Shown: positions 44,801-57,100 of the stretch, one piece after another
Layout of the letters: every line of letters starts with the position of its first letter
How positions within the stretch are numbered: position 1 is the first letter of the stretch
Assembly (NCBI GenBank): GCA_946965045.2
Contig: OX337238.1
Coordinates: 1,984,001-2,048,000 of the forward strand
Direction of reading: 5' to 3'
Source: Epithemia pelagica
Lineage: Eukaryota > Protista > Bacillariophyta
Length of the DNA stretch: 64,000 nt
Translations under genes and position numbers: made by a program
The notes under the pieces: model-generated
The model's database searches: none
The model's input: only the letters and a program-made list of their open reading frames with translations
What the model was told of the DNA's origin: nothing

Positions 44801-47800
44801 TGTGTCCTTCCTGTTTATGCATATTGGCCTTGAGGCTAACCTTCTTGCTTGTTTTAGACTTGGCGTTGGATAGAACACTGGTCAAGTCAGATGCTGGATG
44901 ATTGATGTCAGTCGTCATGGCTTGGTTGATGAATTGTGTAACTGGATCTTACTCATCTTGCTGCTCGGAAGTCGCACCAAGTGAAGCGTTTTTAGAAACA
45001 GCTTCTTGACTGGGGTCAGGATCAGGTTCCGGATCAATGTCAAGGGCATGCGTCTGCACTTTCCTTGGCGTTGTTGATGATGGTGCATGAATCATCTTGT
45101 TGTACTCAATGATCAACTTGCGATCTTCTTCAGAAAGTTTGAACCATAGGTCACGCGGCAGACTAACCTTAGATGGAGAGGATGGAGAGTCAGATGTCAC
45201 GTTAGTGTTCTTGTGAACATGATACTCCATATCATCTTGTGGGGTTAAGTCAGCATCTGTATCTTGGCCGTATTGTTAATCATGTTGTTTGACATGTCAA
45301 CGGCGACTATGTGCAGATGACTGGGTTGCTTGATCATGGTCATAAGCTGCGTCTAGAAGGAGACGGAAGTATGATTGATAGCAAAGGGATTTTGCACCGG
45401 ATTTTGTGTTCACCACATTGTCCAAGATCTTGACTTGGCGGAGATCAGGTACCTTTTCTACAGCTTGCATGAGGAAAGTCATCCTGGTATGATCAGGGAT
45501 GCGATCAGACAATGTCACAAGATTGTCTAGCAAACGTAGCTGCTCTTGAAAGTGTAGAAGAAATTGACGTGTTGTTCCGCGCCATGTGTCATCAAGACGT
45601 AGATTGGAAATGTAGTTGGTTAAACGTAGGACTTCTCGTTTTGCGAGATCAGATTCGGTATGCAATGAATGTAACTTCTTCAATACGACACGCGCATCTT
45701 CATCATGTTCATGTTCACGTACGTAGGCTCGACCTTGGTCAGTCTGGATAATACGGAAAAGAACGGAGTAAAGAAATACTTGTAGCTCTTGAAATAGTTC
45801 TTCAGCATACTCATCATCTTTGGGAGGTGTGTACTCAAAATTCAGAACGTTGGATAGGCCTTGTACCTTAGCTGTAGTCTTGAATACACGCCAGAATGAA
45901 TCGTAGTATCGTTCATCCTTGAATACCTCATATGCAGTTGCGTCGCACTTAGTTCCCTTTCTGAACGCCGTTAGGTCTTGTTGAGATTGGGATGCGGCAG
46001 TAACTGTGCTGACAGATTTTGCAGATGACGGCGACTTCATTGGCGAGACTGGGACTTGGCTAGGTTGTCCATTGGAGAAATTTGTATTGATCCTCCAAAT
46101 GTTGAACTCTTTCCTCGTTAGGTTCATCCAGTCGCTATTGGATAGCTCATCTTGAATTTCATTGGTCTTGTATATGGCCCAATAGGCTAAGAGCTTGATC
46201 TGTTGTCTTGTAGGACCTTGCAGATCATGCGTCTTGTTGTTGACCTTGTATTGGGTTAGTTCGTTCATGGATTCCTCAGTATTGGTTTGCATGTACGAGA
46301 TAACATGAGTAATGTTCTCAAAACCATGGTATTTCATCCACTTCAATAAGTAGTCGGCTCTTTCTTTGGTAAAGTATTGGCAGACAGTAAATATGATGTG
46401 GTCGAATAAGTCTGTGTTCGAGACATTGTCTTGGTTATCTTCTCCCTTAGGAGTTGTAGGTGTCTTGGGTGTTTGAGGATCCATGGTAGTACTTGATTGG
46501 TTTTATTTAATGTGTGGTGTGATATGAACCCGGATGTGCCACGTATAAAGTACCCGGATGTGTGCTGTGATGTCCAAAAGGTAACCCGGATATGCGGAAC
46601 TCGGTTTTGTCACGACTTAAAGATACTTATTCTTGGTCACTTCCAGACTCGTTGCGGTGATCGAGTTGAACCGGGGAGTCAGGAACAGTGGTAGCTTGCT
46701 CGTCTTGCTCGTAGTCCTCAACAAAGTGGTTCACTGGTCAGGTGAGTATTGGGAAGGTAGTTGCACGGAGTCCTGGTGCAGCTTGAGGTCCTGGAATAGG
46801 AGAGGGTTGGTGACCCTAGCCTTAGCCAGGCTGGCCCTGTTGTTGGGTTGGCTAGCTTTGTCCTCTAACTCTTGTTTGTTGGGGTATCTCAATCTGTAAT
46901 GGGTGTTGATGGGTAAGTAAGGTTCCAAATGCAACTGCAGGGAAATAAGCAATGAGACTGTTAATCTAGTACAATTCTTTCAAACTCATGGGGGATAATG
47001 CTCGGTAGAGCAGACAATCAGGTAGGTCACCAACCGATACAAGCTTCTCACGGTCAGAGAAGCAAGCAAGTCGTAGTCTATCAAAAGGATAGTCGGGACA
47101 CAAAAGAAGATGTGATAAATGGTGATATTGTTAGATTGTGAGCTTTAGGACTACGGTGTGTGTTTTGATGTGCAGGTCTGGCCAGGGTGCATGACTGATA
47201 TATTCATGGCGCTGACAGGACTGGTCTGGTTGGAGTAGACATGGATATTGTGTATTGGAAGTATATGCACTTGTATATCATATACCAATGCCAACAGCTC
47301 TTGCTTTGTTGTGATATAGGTAGTTTTCTTGGCGCGGTGCTGATTGCATTTTTGGAATTGTGGGAATGGAAATATGATCTCTCGTGATCTCGAATCGTGC
47401 TTCGATTACTTAGGCCGTTGAGTTAAGTCGTGGAGATGCGCACTCGGATAGTAGTTGCGCGCGCTTGAAAATATTGGGAGCGCACGTGTAGGGCCATAGT
47501 TAATTTCCGAGCGGTTGTTGATAACGCGCGCATTGCGAGCATGCCATGGCCGAAATTAAAGGTCCGCGAGCATGTCGTCATTCTGTTCTCACTTTTCATG
47601 AAATGCGAAGGAATATAGGTCGATATAGCACCAGCTAGGGAACATAGGACGGATATGGGCGGCATAGATGGTGCTTCGAAGCCTCGGGACTCGGCTAACC
47701 GATGAGATGCCGGATCTAACCAATGGATAACGGTGAGAATCCTACTACTCCGCTTCTCGGAGCAACCAGAATCACGCCCTACCTCAATGAGATCAGAGAC

Positions 47801-49010
47801 ATACAGGTGGAAGCTTGTGGATGACTTCATTCAAAACTTAAATCAGCATCGTGCTTCGCACTTCCAACCTTGCAAACGCATCTGTGTTGACGAATCAATG
47901 ATCCGTTGGTATGGTTTGGGTGGCCACTGGATAAACATTGGTCTACCACAGTACGTGGCAATTGACAGAAAGCCTGAGAATGGATGCGAGATCCAAAACT
48001 CTGCTTGAGGTGGATCTGGGATATTTTGTCGTCTCAAGCTTGTCAAGACTGCCGAAGAAGATGAATTGAATCATGAGGAGGACGATGACACAACACTCCT
48101 CATGAATCATGGGACAGCTGTCCTCAGAGAATGAGTGGAACCATGGGCTCATTCACAGCGTGTTGTCTGTGCCGACTCCTACTTTGCTTCTGTGAATACG
48201 GCAGAGGAGATGGCAAAGATGGGACTCCGATTTATCGGAGTTGTGAAGACTGTAACTCGCAAGTATCCAATGGCGTACCTTTCAAACGTTGAACTACTTT
48301 CTCGTGGGGATTGCACTGGTCTCATAACGAAAGATGCAGATGAACAAGCCACCATGATGGCTTTTGTGTGGATGGATAGGGAATGGCGCTATTTTGTTGC
48401 AAATACATCTTCTCTTGCAGAAGGAGAGCCGTACACACGAACAAGGTGGCGCCAAATTTCAGATGAGGCAGATGCAGAGCCAGAGCGTGTGGAATTGACA
48501 GTGGCACAGCCCCAAGCATGTGAGATCTATTACAAGACACGTGGACTAATAGATCAGCATAACAGGTGCCGGCAAGACACTCTCAAAATGGAAATCAAAG
48601 TGGAAACGAAGCGATGGTGGGTACGTGTGGGGCTTGGAGTGTTCGCAATGTGTGTGGTGGACTCTTGGCTTTTGTATTCTGGGGCAACCATGACAAAGGA
48701 AAAGCAACAAGACTATTATGCACTGCTTGCAGAGGAATTAATAGACAACACATTCGACAGAAGTGGAGTCCCTTGTTCTGCAAGACGAAGAGGACGAGTG
48801 AGTGACGGAACAGATAATGCCGAAAGCCCATCAGATCTCATCAATCCACGCAGTGGACAAGCAAGGGCAGGCATTGACATCCATCTGAGCCCAACCAAGA
48901 GAAGGAGGAAGGTTGATGGAGTTGCAACAAACCAATGTGCACAAGGAAGATGTAGAGTATGTCAAAAGAAAACAAAGTATATCTGTTCACAGTGTGAAGA
49001 CACTAGATAG
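41814..49010 (+). mobile_element. piggyBac-like transposon, copy 2, disrupted by the same LTR insertion
   Basis: ORF 42046-42971 resumes at 47748. Retains KRICVDESM but has the same two TGA stops as copy 1. Confidence 0.85.
42972..47747 (-). mobile_element. Internally deleted TA...TA Copia, copy 2
   Basis: LTRs 42972-43752 and 46967-47747, TSD CTCCG, same internal deletion and nonsense codons as copy 1. Confidence 0.92.
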
Positions 49011-49395
49011 ACTCTGCCGTCGCTTTTGTCCATGATAAATCCATCATCGGAGGACTTCGACTGTTCGACGCATTGAGTGTGGGGTGTGTGGGCGCGTGAT
49101 TTTGCTTCCAACCCACGTCAGTCATGAGGATTAGTGATTCGATTCTTGTGCGCACATGCAGCTCGAATTTACGACACATGTGCGACCCGAATATTCACTC
49201 ATTGTTGGGTCCTCGCCACCAGCCGCCTTGGTCGAGTGGAGGGCGCGGCAGCTGGAAGAATAGATTCAACCCTTTTTTAGTATCCACATCCTCGCCCAAA
49301 TTCCTAGAGGCCACGGGAAAAATGCTATGTCATCGATATGAGCACACATATCCCTGGGCTGTCCGCTAGGAGGAGATGATAATCTACTAGGAGTA

Positions 49396-50697
49396 CTATG
49401 GAATCACCATAGTCATTACAGTCCACTCGTAGTCTTGAACTTCCTCGTCCTCGTCCCCATAGCCCTCGGTTGCACGCTCAACCATGCAGGAAATAAGCAT
49501 GACGAGTGTGGGCAATGCTGATCCGCTTGCACCCTCCCCGTCAAGCTTGTAAAAGATAGGCCGAGTCACAACATCTCCTTTCAGATCAATCAGGTGGGAC
49601 TCGACCTTCTTCTCCAGACGAATAGCAAGGGTTGTGGTCGCTGCTTGTTGGTCGTCCGTCTTGATTGCTTCCTTCGTTTCAACAAGGCCAGCAGCCTTGG
49701 AACTTGAAACATTTGAAGTTGAGGCACCCGAACGGTCTATCTGACCTTCAAAGAGTCTCTCTGGATCAAAGAGAAACTCAGGCCATTTGTAGACAATCTT
49801 GATCTTTGTGCCATTAAAAACAATCGAAACAGAGATGTCTTCGGCGCGCGTACCGGATGGAAGGACCACAAAGAAACAAAGACGAAGGTTTTTGTCCTTA
49901 TCGTGCCAGTAGGAATGTAGCGTGGGCCAGTAGAGGTCCCCTTCTGCCTTCAGCATCCCTTTCTTACTAGATGCAGCAAGGGTTGTGGTCGCTGCTTGTT
50001 AATCGTCCGTCTTGATTGCTTCCTTCGTTTCAACAAGGCCAGCAGCCTTGGAACTTGAAACATTTGAAGTTGAGGCACCCGAACGGTCTATCTGACCTTC
50101 AAAGAGTCTCTCTGGATCAAAGAGAAACTCAGGCCATTTGTAGACAATCTTGATCTTTGTGCCATTAAAAACAATCGAAACAGAGATGTCTTTGGCACGC
50201 GTACTGGATGGAAGGACCACAAAGAAACAAAGACGAAGGTTTTTGTCCTTATCGTGCCAGTAGGAATGTAGCGTGGGCCAGTAGAGGTCCCCTTCTGCCT
50301 TCAGCATCCCTTTCTTACTAAATGCAGGACAAGCGGTGCTCCGAGGGGTACATAGTGCTGTAGTGGTGGCAGGAGTACCGCCAACGCCAAAACGAGGTGG
50401 GGTAAGAACCCGTCCAGGTGTAGTCGGAGGAGCAGTCAGACCCTCACCCGCAGCAGCTATACGGCGTGCTCCAGTTGACTCCACCACCTCGTTTGCAGAG
50501 CTCAAGTTCCGTTGAACATTCTTCCACGACGAATGGAAGTTTTGGAACTTGAGCACATCCCCACTGGAGGCTTCGTACACGACTTTGTACTCCTCCTTTG
50601 TTGGATTGGGAGGCATCTTTCCAGATGCAATCTCTTGCCGGACATATTTGCCCTGCTCTCCCTTCCAGTTGAAAGCCTTTGTTGTTTTCTTTGGCAT
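49396..50697 (-). pseudogene. Harbinger accessory ORF with 351-bp duplication, copy 2
   Basis: Copy of 30451-31725; the terminal TAG is TGG here, extending the ORF by 9 codons. Confidence 0.6.
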
Positions 50698-51271
50698 GTT
50701 GGATTGTTGGTGTTGCTCCTCTCAATATTTGTGCGTACTGGTGTGCTCGTTTTCAGTTCTGTGGCGGGAACTGAAAACAACCTACTCCTACTAAAGGTGG
50801 AATCTCCCAGTCGTGTTCAGTCATGCTGTCTCATGAACATCTACATTCTACACAGCAGGCAAAACAAATATGCGAGCATTTTAATTAGAACCAGCCATTA
50901 ATGTTCTTAGTTCTTAGGATGACTGTACGTAGTGGCCACACTCTGAAAGCTTATGCCCTTGTGGACAACTTCCCTTAACAACATGTGCCTCATGACTCCG
51001 AACTTTGCTCTTTTCCTCGTGCTCTGTCTTTCCACCTGCCTCCTGATTGAGAATGGCAGGATGGTCTGTCCAGCACAGTTTGCCATGATATGGACGATCT
51101 CTCTGAGACGCCTTGTCGGCAGACAGGAAGGCAGGGAAGCAAAACCAAAACTTGTCAAAGCAAGAAGGTAAGAAGGACAAATTAGTATACTACAAGAGGT
51201 AGAATACAGACATCATACGTATGTTGCTAGGAGTAGACAAATTGTTACTAGTACTCTTACGAGCAGACGGA

Positions 51272-52252
51272 TCACGGGCCTTGACCATTGAATTGGTTTT
51301 GGAAGATTGAGAACTGTGTGTCATCATAATCCACATCAAACAGTTTCATTTCTCCATTTTCAATTGAGAGCTGGCAAATTACAGCAACGGCACGAAACAT
51401 GGCTGAGTGTTTGTCAAGAGAATGCTTGTTCTTGTGCAAGCACCGCCACTCTTTGAGCCGTGAATTGACGGTCTCGTGTCGGTTTCTGACACGCTGTTGT
51501 AGCTCCGCATCTCCTGGAGTTTGTGTGTTGATTTTGGGATTGAGGATTTTTCTTGGTTCCCCCATATAGCCATCATCCGCTTCTGCTTTTTCGTTTGCGT
51601 CCAAAAACCACTTAATAGCATGGCGAAAGATCTTGATGTCAGGCCAGCGACCGCAAGGAAATGGCCCATGAATCCAAACAATATCTCGTGTACGTAGGCA
51701 AAGTCCAACCTCCCACCGTGTACCTGGACCATGAAACTTGTGGCTAAACCAGCCCTTCAAGAATGGACGAAATTGTTAGATTGCTATGTCTGTTCCATCG
51801 ACAGACACCGGTGCATCGTTGAGAATGTCATTAGTGTACCTCTTGTTCCAACGAATCACCTTAGGCTCAAGAAGAGCAAGCCCATCGATAAAAAGCCAGG
51901 CCTACTTCCGAAAGGTCTTGGGGTCAACCCGTCCTCTATCTTCTCCTCCGGCATCCTTTGCCAAGTCGGACTCATCTGCGTATGTACAAATGAGCATGAG
52001 TGCCCATAAGAGATGCTTCGGCTGGGCATTCAGAGGCATCTCCTCTCGCGCCTCCTGCAAACGATTCCACAAGACACTACAAACAAGGGGGCTTGCCCCA
52101 AATTTCTTTCTCCACAGACGCCGAAAGGTCTCCGTGTCAGCGACACGCCTCTGGAGGATGTTGGATCCAACATCTAAGAACAAGTTTGGCGGGACGTCGT
52201 TCATCCTTTGGTTATTAGAGTTTATCGTTCTTTTATGTGGGTTGTCCACCAA
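51272..52252 (-). pseudogene. PIF/Harbinger-like transposase pseudogene, copy 2
   Basis: Same D-D-E motifs and the same two stops as 32300-33280. Confidence 0.85.
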
Positions 52253-52535
52253 AACAAATTTGTTGCCTCACTATAGTCACTGGTCACTGGTTCATGATTC
52301 ATGATATCCGACCTGAGCAAACACCCCAACAAGAAACAAGATGGCAATGATCGAGGACGATACAAATTATGATACTAGTACTGTACATGTTTTATCTTTC
52401 TTATTAGTTGTCTACATGAATATTATTCTATATATAATGTATATACTATTCGTGAAACCAATAGCCTCTACTACAGTACATACCCTTGTCATTCGTTTCC
52501 CGTTTCTCTTGAGCCACACTTCTACCCGCAAGAAG

Positions 52536-53738
52536 TCACTCACTTTTGCCGCTTGTTCGGAAACGACGTCGTTCAGAGAGTTTGGTGTTCAGCCAGAACT
52601 TTTTGATTTGGTCCACGGACCTTCTTGGCAAAAATGTGGATATAAGATTCCAGCGGTTTCCAAATCTTTGTCGTTTCTCCAAAATAATCAGCTTCTCCTG
52701 AATGGTGAGAGGCGTTTTGAGGAGATTGGGGTCAATCACGTTCTCAAAGTGATCTCGAATCTCGATACAAGTTCGACCTGGAAGTTGGGCTTGTATGACA
52801 GAGTACTTGATGTTCTTTTTGCGGTACTCACGAATAATTTCTTCTTCCTCTACCGTCCATGGCAATTGATGGTGCTGAACCTTTTTGTCGAGGGTACCGA
52901 GGAATGTACTCTTGATACCCATGTCACTCGGAGTGACGTTATCTTTAGCATTGCCGACAATGGACGAATCATGGACGAAAGTGGGTGTCTCCCATCGAGC
53001 AGACGCGTCATGATCACGCTTGAGGGTGCCTTCTTGAGACAGTTCTTCCCAGGTATCAGGGTGGGGTTCCCGGGATTCTGGTTGTGGAAGTCTCTTGCCC
53101 TTTAGAGTTGTAGCCATCCGGGACTTAAATAGAAGGCGCTTGCCCTTGATGGGTGTAACGCATCTAATATGTTTCGGATGAATGGGCTTCTTGGTTTTTC
53201 GGGAAGTCTCGGGCGTTGGAAAGGAAAATAAGCGATCGTCCTTGTATGTCTCATTCATGGTTTGTGATTCCCAAGCGTCGTCGAAATTCTGAGCACTCAA
53301 ATCGGCGTGTGATTCCCACGATTCATCGAGATCAGCAGCATTCGAATCCTCTTCTGATTCCCAAGAGTCGTCGAAATCTTGACTAATCGAGTCATCTTCT
53401 TGAACAGATGAATCATTGTCGTTATTGGCTGCTGTGGGAAACGGTGACTTTTTGATTGGAAAGGACACAAAGTTTTTGGGCAGATGTCGGGGATTCGGGG
53501 GAAACCGCATGTCATTATCGGTGAAATCGAACATGTCCACCAATTCGTTGGTCTTGAGCTCAGCATCGGATTGCTCAGAGACTATTTGTTGTGCAGCCAG
53601 GAGAATGCTCTCGTCATCCCACGAGGAAACTTTGTGGGTCTTGAGGGGATTTCCTTCATTTTCAGCCGATGATGATGAGCCCACAAAGCGAGGCTTGGTC
53701 GGTGTAATGGTGGGAAGTGGAACAGTGCGTGAAGTCAT
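52536..53738 (-). CDS. R2R3-Myb-type transcription factor, copy 2
   Basis: Protein identical to that of 33564-34766. Confidence 0.85.
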   Translation of the reverse strand: MTSRTVPLPTITPTKPRFVGSSSSAENEGNPLKTHKVSSWDDESILLAAQQIVSEQSDAELKTNELVDMFDFTDNDMRFPPNPRHLPKNFVSFPIKKSPFPTAANNDNDSSVQEDDSISQDFDDSWESEEDSNAADLDESWESHADLSAQNFDDAWESQTMNETYKDDRLFSFPTPETSRKTKKPIHPKHIRCVTPIKGKRLLFKSRMATTLKGKRLPQPESREPHPDTWEELSQEGTLKRDHDASARWETPTFVHDSSIVGNAKDNVTPSDMGIKSTFLGTLDKKVQHHQLPWTVEEEEIIREYRKKNIKYSVIQAQLPGRTCIEIRDHFENVIDPNLLKTPLTIQEKLIILEKRQRFGNRWNLISTFLPRRSVDQIKKFWLNTKLSERRRFRTSGKSE

Positions 53739-54124
53739 TGCGATTTAATTGATTGGCAGGAGTTTGGATGCACACGATTGCCTGGTCAAAGTGATGTTTG
53801 ATTTGGGTAGGAGCAAATTTTATGAGAACAAGATGAATGTTTGTGCCAAGATGGACAAGGCAAAAGAGATTTGCAAACCGCAACGCAACGAAGGTTTACG
53901 ATTGACTCCGAGAGACTGGTTTTGCATCTTGTGCGGCGCCAAGTGTACGTGGAACTGTCGGTATATGTTCTACGGGAATGCTTGTGTCGCGCGCTGCTCG
54001 ATCCCCAGTATGAGTTCCGCGATATTCGGACGAGATCGGAGATTGGTTTTGCATGGATGAAACGGCGGATGGGTGGTTCGAGAAACGGTCCATCATCTCT
54101 CTTGGCGGCAGTCGTCCCCAAAAG

Positions 54125-57100
54125 TGTTGGATCACTAGATTGGCCCAAATGGAGTCTTCCGTGCACAGAAGCAATAGAGATGTAAAATGTAGACGAATTG
54201 CTTTTCAAAATGATCGATCTAGAAAGAGTGAGTGTTACGACTAGAGTGTTGTCCAAGATGGGAGTTGTTGTTATGCCAGTTGAGATCGAAATCATCCAAG
54301 ATCTAGGTGATCTATAACCGCCTCCCATGCGGTTTCTATCCCAATGATTTGGATGTGCGACCACTTCGGGATCACGACATGAAGAGCGACTCAATTCTTT
54401 GATTCCGACACCCTGCCTAATTGTGTCGCTCGATTGTCATTGATGCCATAAATTTTGACGAATGCAGAATGATGTGAGAACTGTGTTGCGTGTGCGTTGA
54501 AAGATACCCTGCCTGACTTCGATGTGTTTGTTGTTGTCGGTATGTGATGATGATGATGATTATTTGTTGTTGATGTTGTTGTTGGATTTTGTTGGTTTCT
54601 GATGTTATTTTGGTTTTGTGTTGAGATTGCAGTTCAGGGCAGATGCTATCGATGAAGATGACGCGTTTCACTGTGGTGGTATGAGGATGAAGGGGCTTGG
54701 TCACTTGGAAGTCGATTGAGAGCGAAGAAAGGATTGAATCCAGTATGGAATCGGGCCTTGATGGACCATCAATGCGGTTTCGGATCCAGCTATGGGTTCA
54801 ACGTGAGCGCATGGAAGATCACTGGCAGTGTTTGTGGGATCGTCATCGGCCTGAACGTTGGGATCAAGATCGGAGCAATAGACGAGACTGTGACGCTTGA
54901 AGTCAGGACCAGACAAATTCTTGGTGAAAAGATCGGCGCTGTTGTCAGGTGAGTGAACCCATACAGTATGAATGAGTCCTTCTTCCTTCATCTCACGCAA
55001 AAAATGCCACTTCACATCAATATGGCGAGTACGACCGCCCACACTCCATGAGTGTGTCAATGCAAGAGCTCCTTTGCAATCCATGTGTAGAATCATGGGC
55101 TTGGCAACGGTAAGGCCCATCTGTTCCAGTACGCGCATTCCAAACAACATCCTCTGACCTGTTTCAACGGCTGCAACAATTTCGGCTTCACTCACGGATA
55201 GAGTCACACAGTCTTGCATACGGCTAGATTCAGATATGGGAGCATCTTGCAAGAAAACTGAAATACCAGATACGCTGTGGCGGCGTTCGGGATCCTTGGC
55301 GAAATCGGAGTCACTGATACCACGGATGACAAAGTCAAAACTGTCCTTGCGACCATCCCAACAACCAACCGGACGGAGTGTTTTACTGCGCTCAGAAGTG
55401 TCCATACAATACCGCATGACGCGGTACATTGCCTTGAGGTGGTTCTCCGTTGCTTGTTTCATAAACTTCGACAATTCACGGACGGAGTTCAAAATATCTG
55501 GTCGAGTCCATTTCATAAGATGCAACAACTTTCCAACTCCGCTACGATAGAGAGACTGCTGCTTGGAAGTCAAACTGGGGGATCCATCGTCATTGCGAAG
55601 AACTTCTCCAGGTGCTGCAGGAGTTGTATACGGCTGTGAAGGAATCGGTACGTCAAACTCATCGTGAAAGCTCTGCAACAACACGGGCTGACTCAACTTG
55701 CTCTGGTGATTGGTCCGATCGATGTCAATCTTGCACCCAATATATTCGGTCATAGGACCACAATCATCACAGTCGAAATGGGCCTTCATTGCTTCCTTTG
55801 AATGGTGGACACCGGCTTCAGAGCCACAAATCAAAAAGTCATCGACCCATGACAGCCAAATCACTAATCCAAACGCAGTCCAGGCGAAATAAAGACAAGG
55901 GTCTGCGCGATTGCGAAGAAATCCAATGAGCTGCATCACGACCTGAACCTTATTCCAGAAGGCTCGAGCGGCTTGCTTGGTTCCGTAGAGAGTCTTTCCC
56001 AGAAACACCAACCAACCGGGCAGATATTTGGATTCCATTCCTTTCGGAATGGTCATCCACATCTTGCGGTCCTTTTCAAAATCGCCGAGGAGAAAAGCGC
56101 CCTTGACGTCCATAATATGGACCACCCAATTCGCAATGATGATCAGAACAAGAATGATCATGATGGTCATCTCGGACGCGACAGGAGCAAACGTCGCATG
56201 ACTGTCGTAATGTTCGCCGTCGACCTGTTCATAGCCGCGGGCGTTAAGACGAGCACGAAAAGTGCCGTTCGCCTTCTTCTTCATGGCCCAAACATTACTC
56301 AAAATCTTAGCTCCGACAGGGACATCTTCCGGAGCACACGGAATAAACACACCGTTGTCAATCATGCGCTGATACTCTTTTTCAATGGACTCAAGCCACT
56401 GGTCACGTTCAGGACCATTGATGGCTTCTTCGTAGGACAGGACGTGTAACTCTTTAGTATTCTGGATTCCACCGCCTAGACCTGCACCCACTAGGGCACA
56501 TTCCTGTGCAAGCGTTGTAGAGTTTGTGCTATATCCTGAGGCAATACTGTCAATCGGAAAGGTAGGAGCTTGATAGTCGGGATCGACATCAGTAGACAGA
56601 AAGGCATCACTGATATCATTGGAGATCAGAGGGGCATCAGCATGAAATGCAGGAGCTCGATACATGTCGGCATGTTGATAGCCGTGTCGAACGTCAGAAG
56701 CTGGAGGAGCGAAATCGAAATCGGCATCTTCATGTCCCAAAGATGACATAGCTTGATAATACCGCACCTCGGCGCTACTCAGTTGCAATCGGCTGAAATC
56801 GATGCCAGCACATGCATATTCTTCAATCAGTCGCTTCGGAGGTCGAACATGTCGTCCTGTGCGAGTGACTTGCTCGCGACGAGGAGTTGCAGACGTCATC
56901 ACGCTTACATTATCGTCGGCATCGTCGGCTTGATTGATGGTTTCGACAGTCGGTCGTTCAATCTCCATGGGTGCATTGGATTCGGGCTCGATCTCGTCTG
57001 TCTTTGGTTGGGCGTTGTTGTCTTCAAGCATTTCAATAAATGGAGCATTGTCATCGATTAATGGTAGGTCTTCATGGTCGTCATAAGTACTTGGGTCAAC

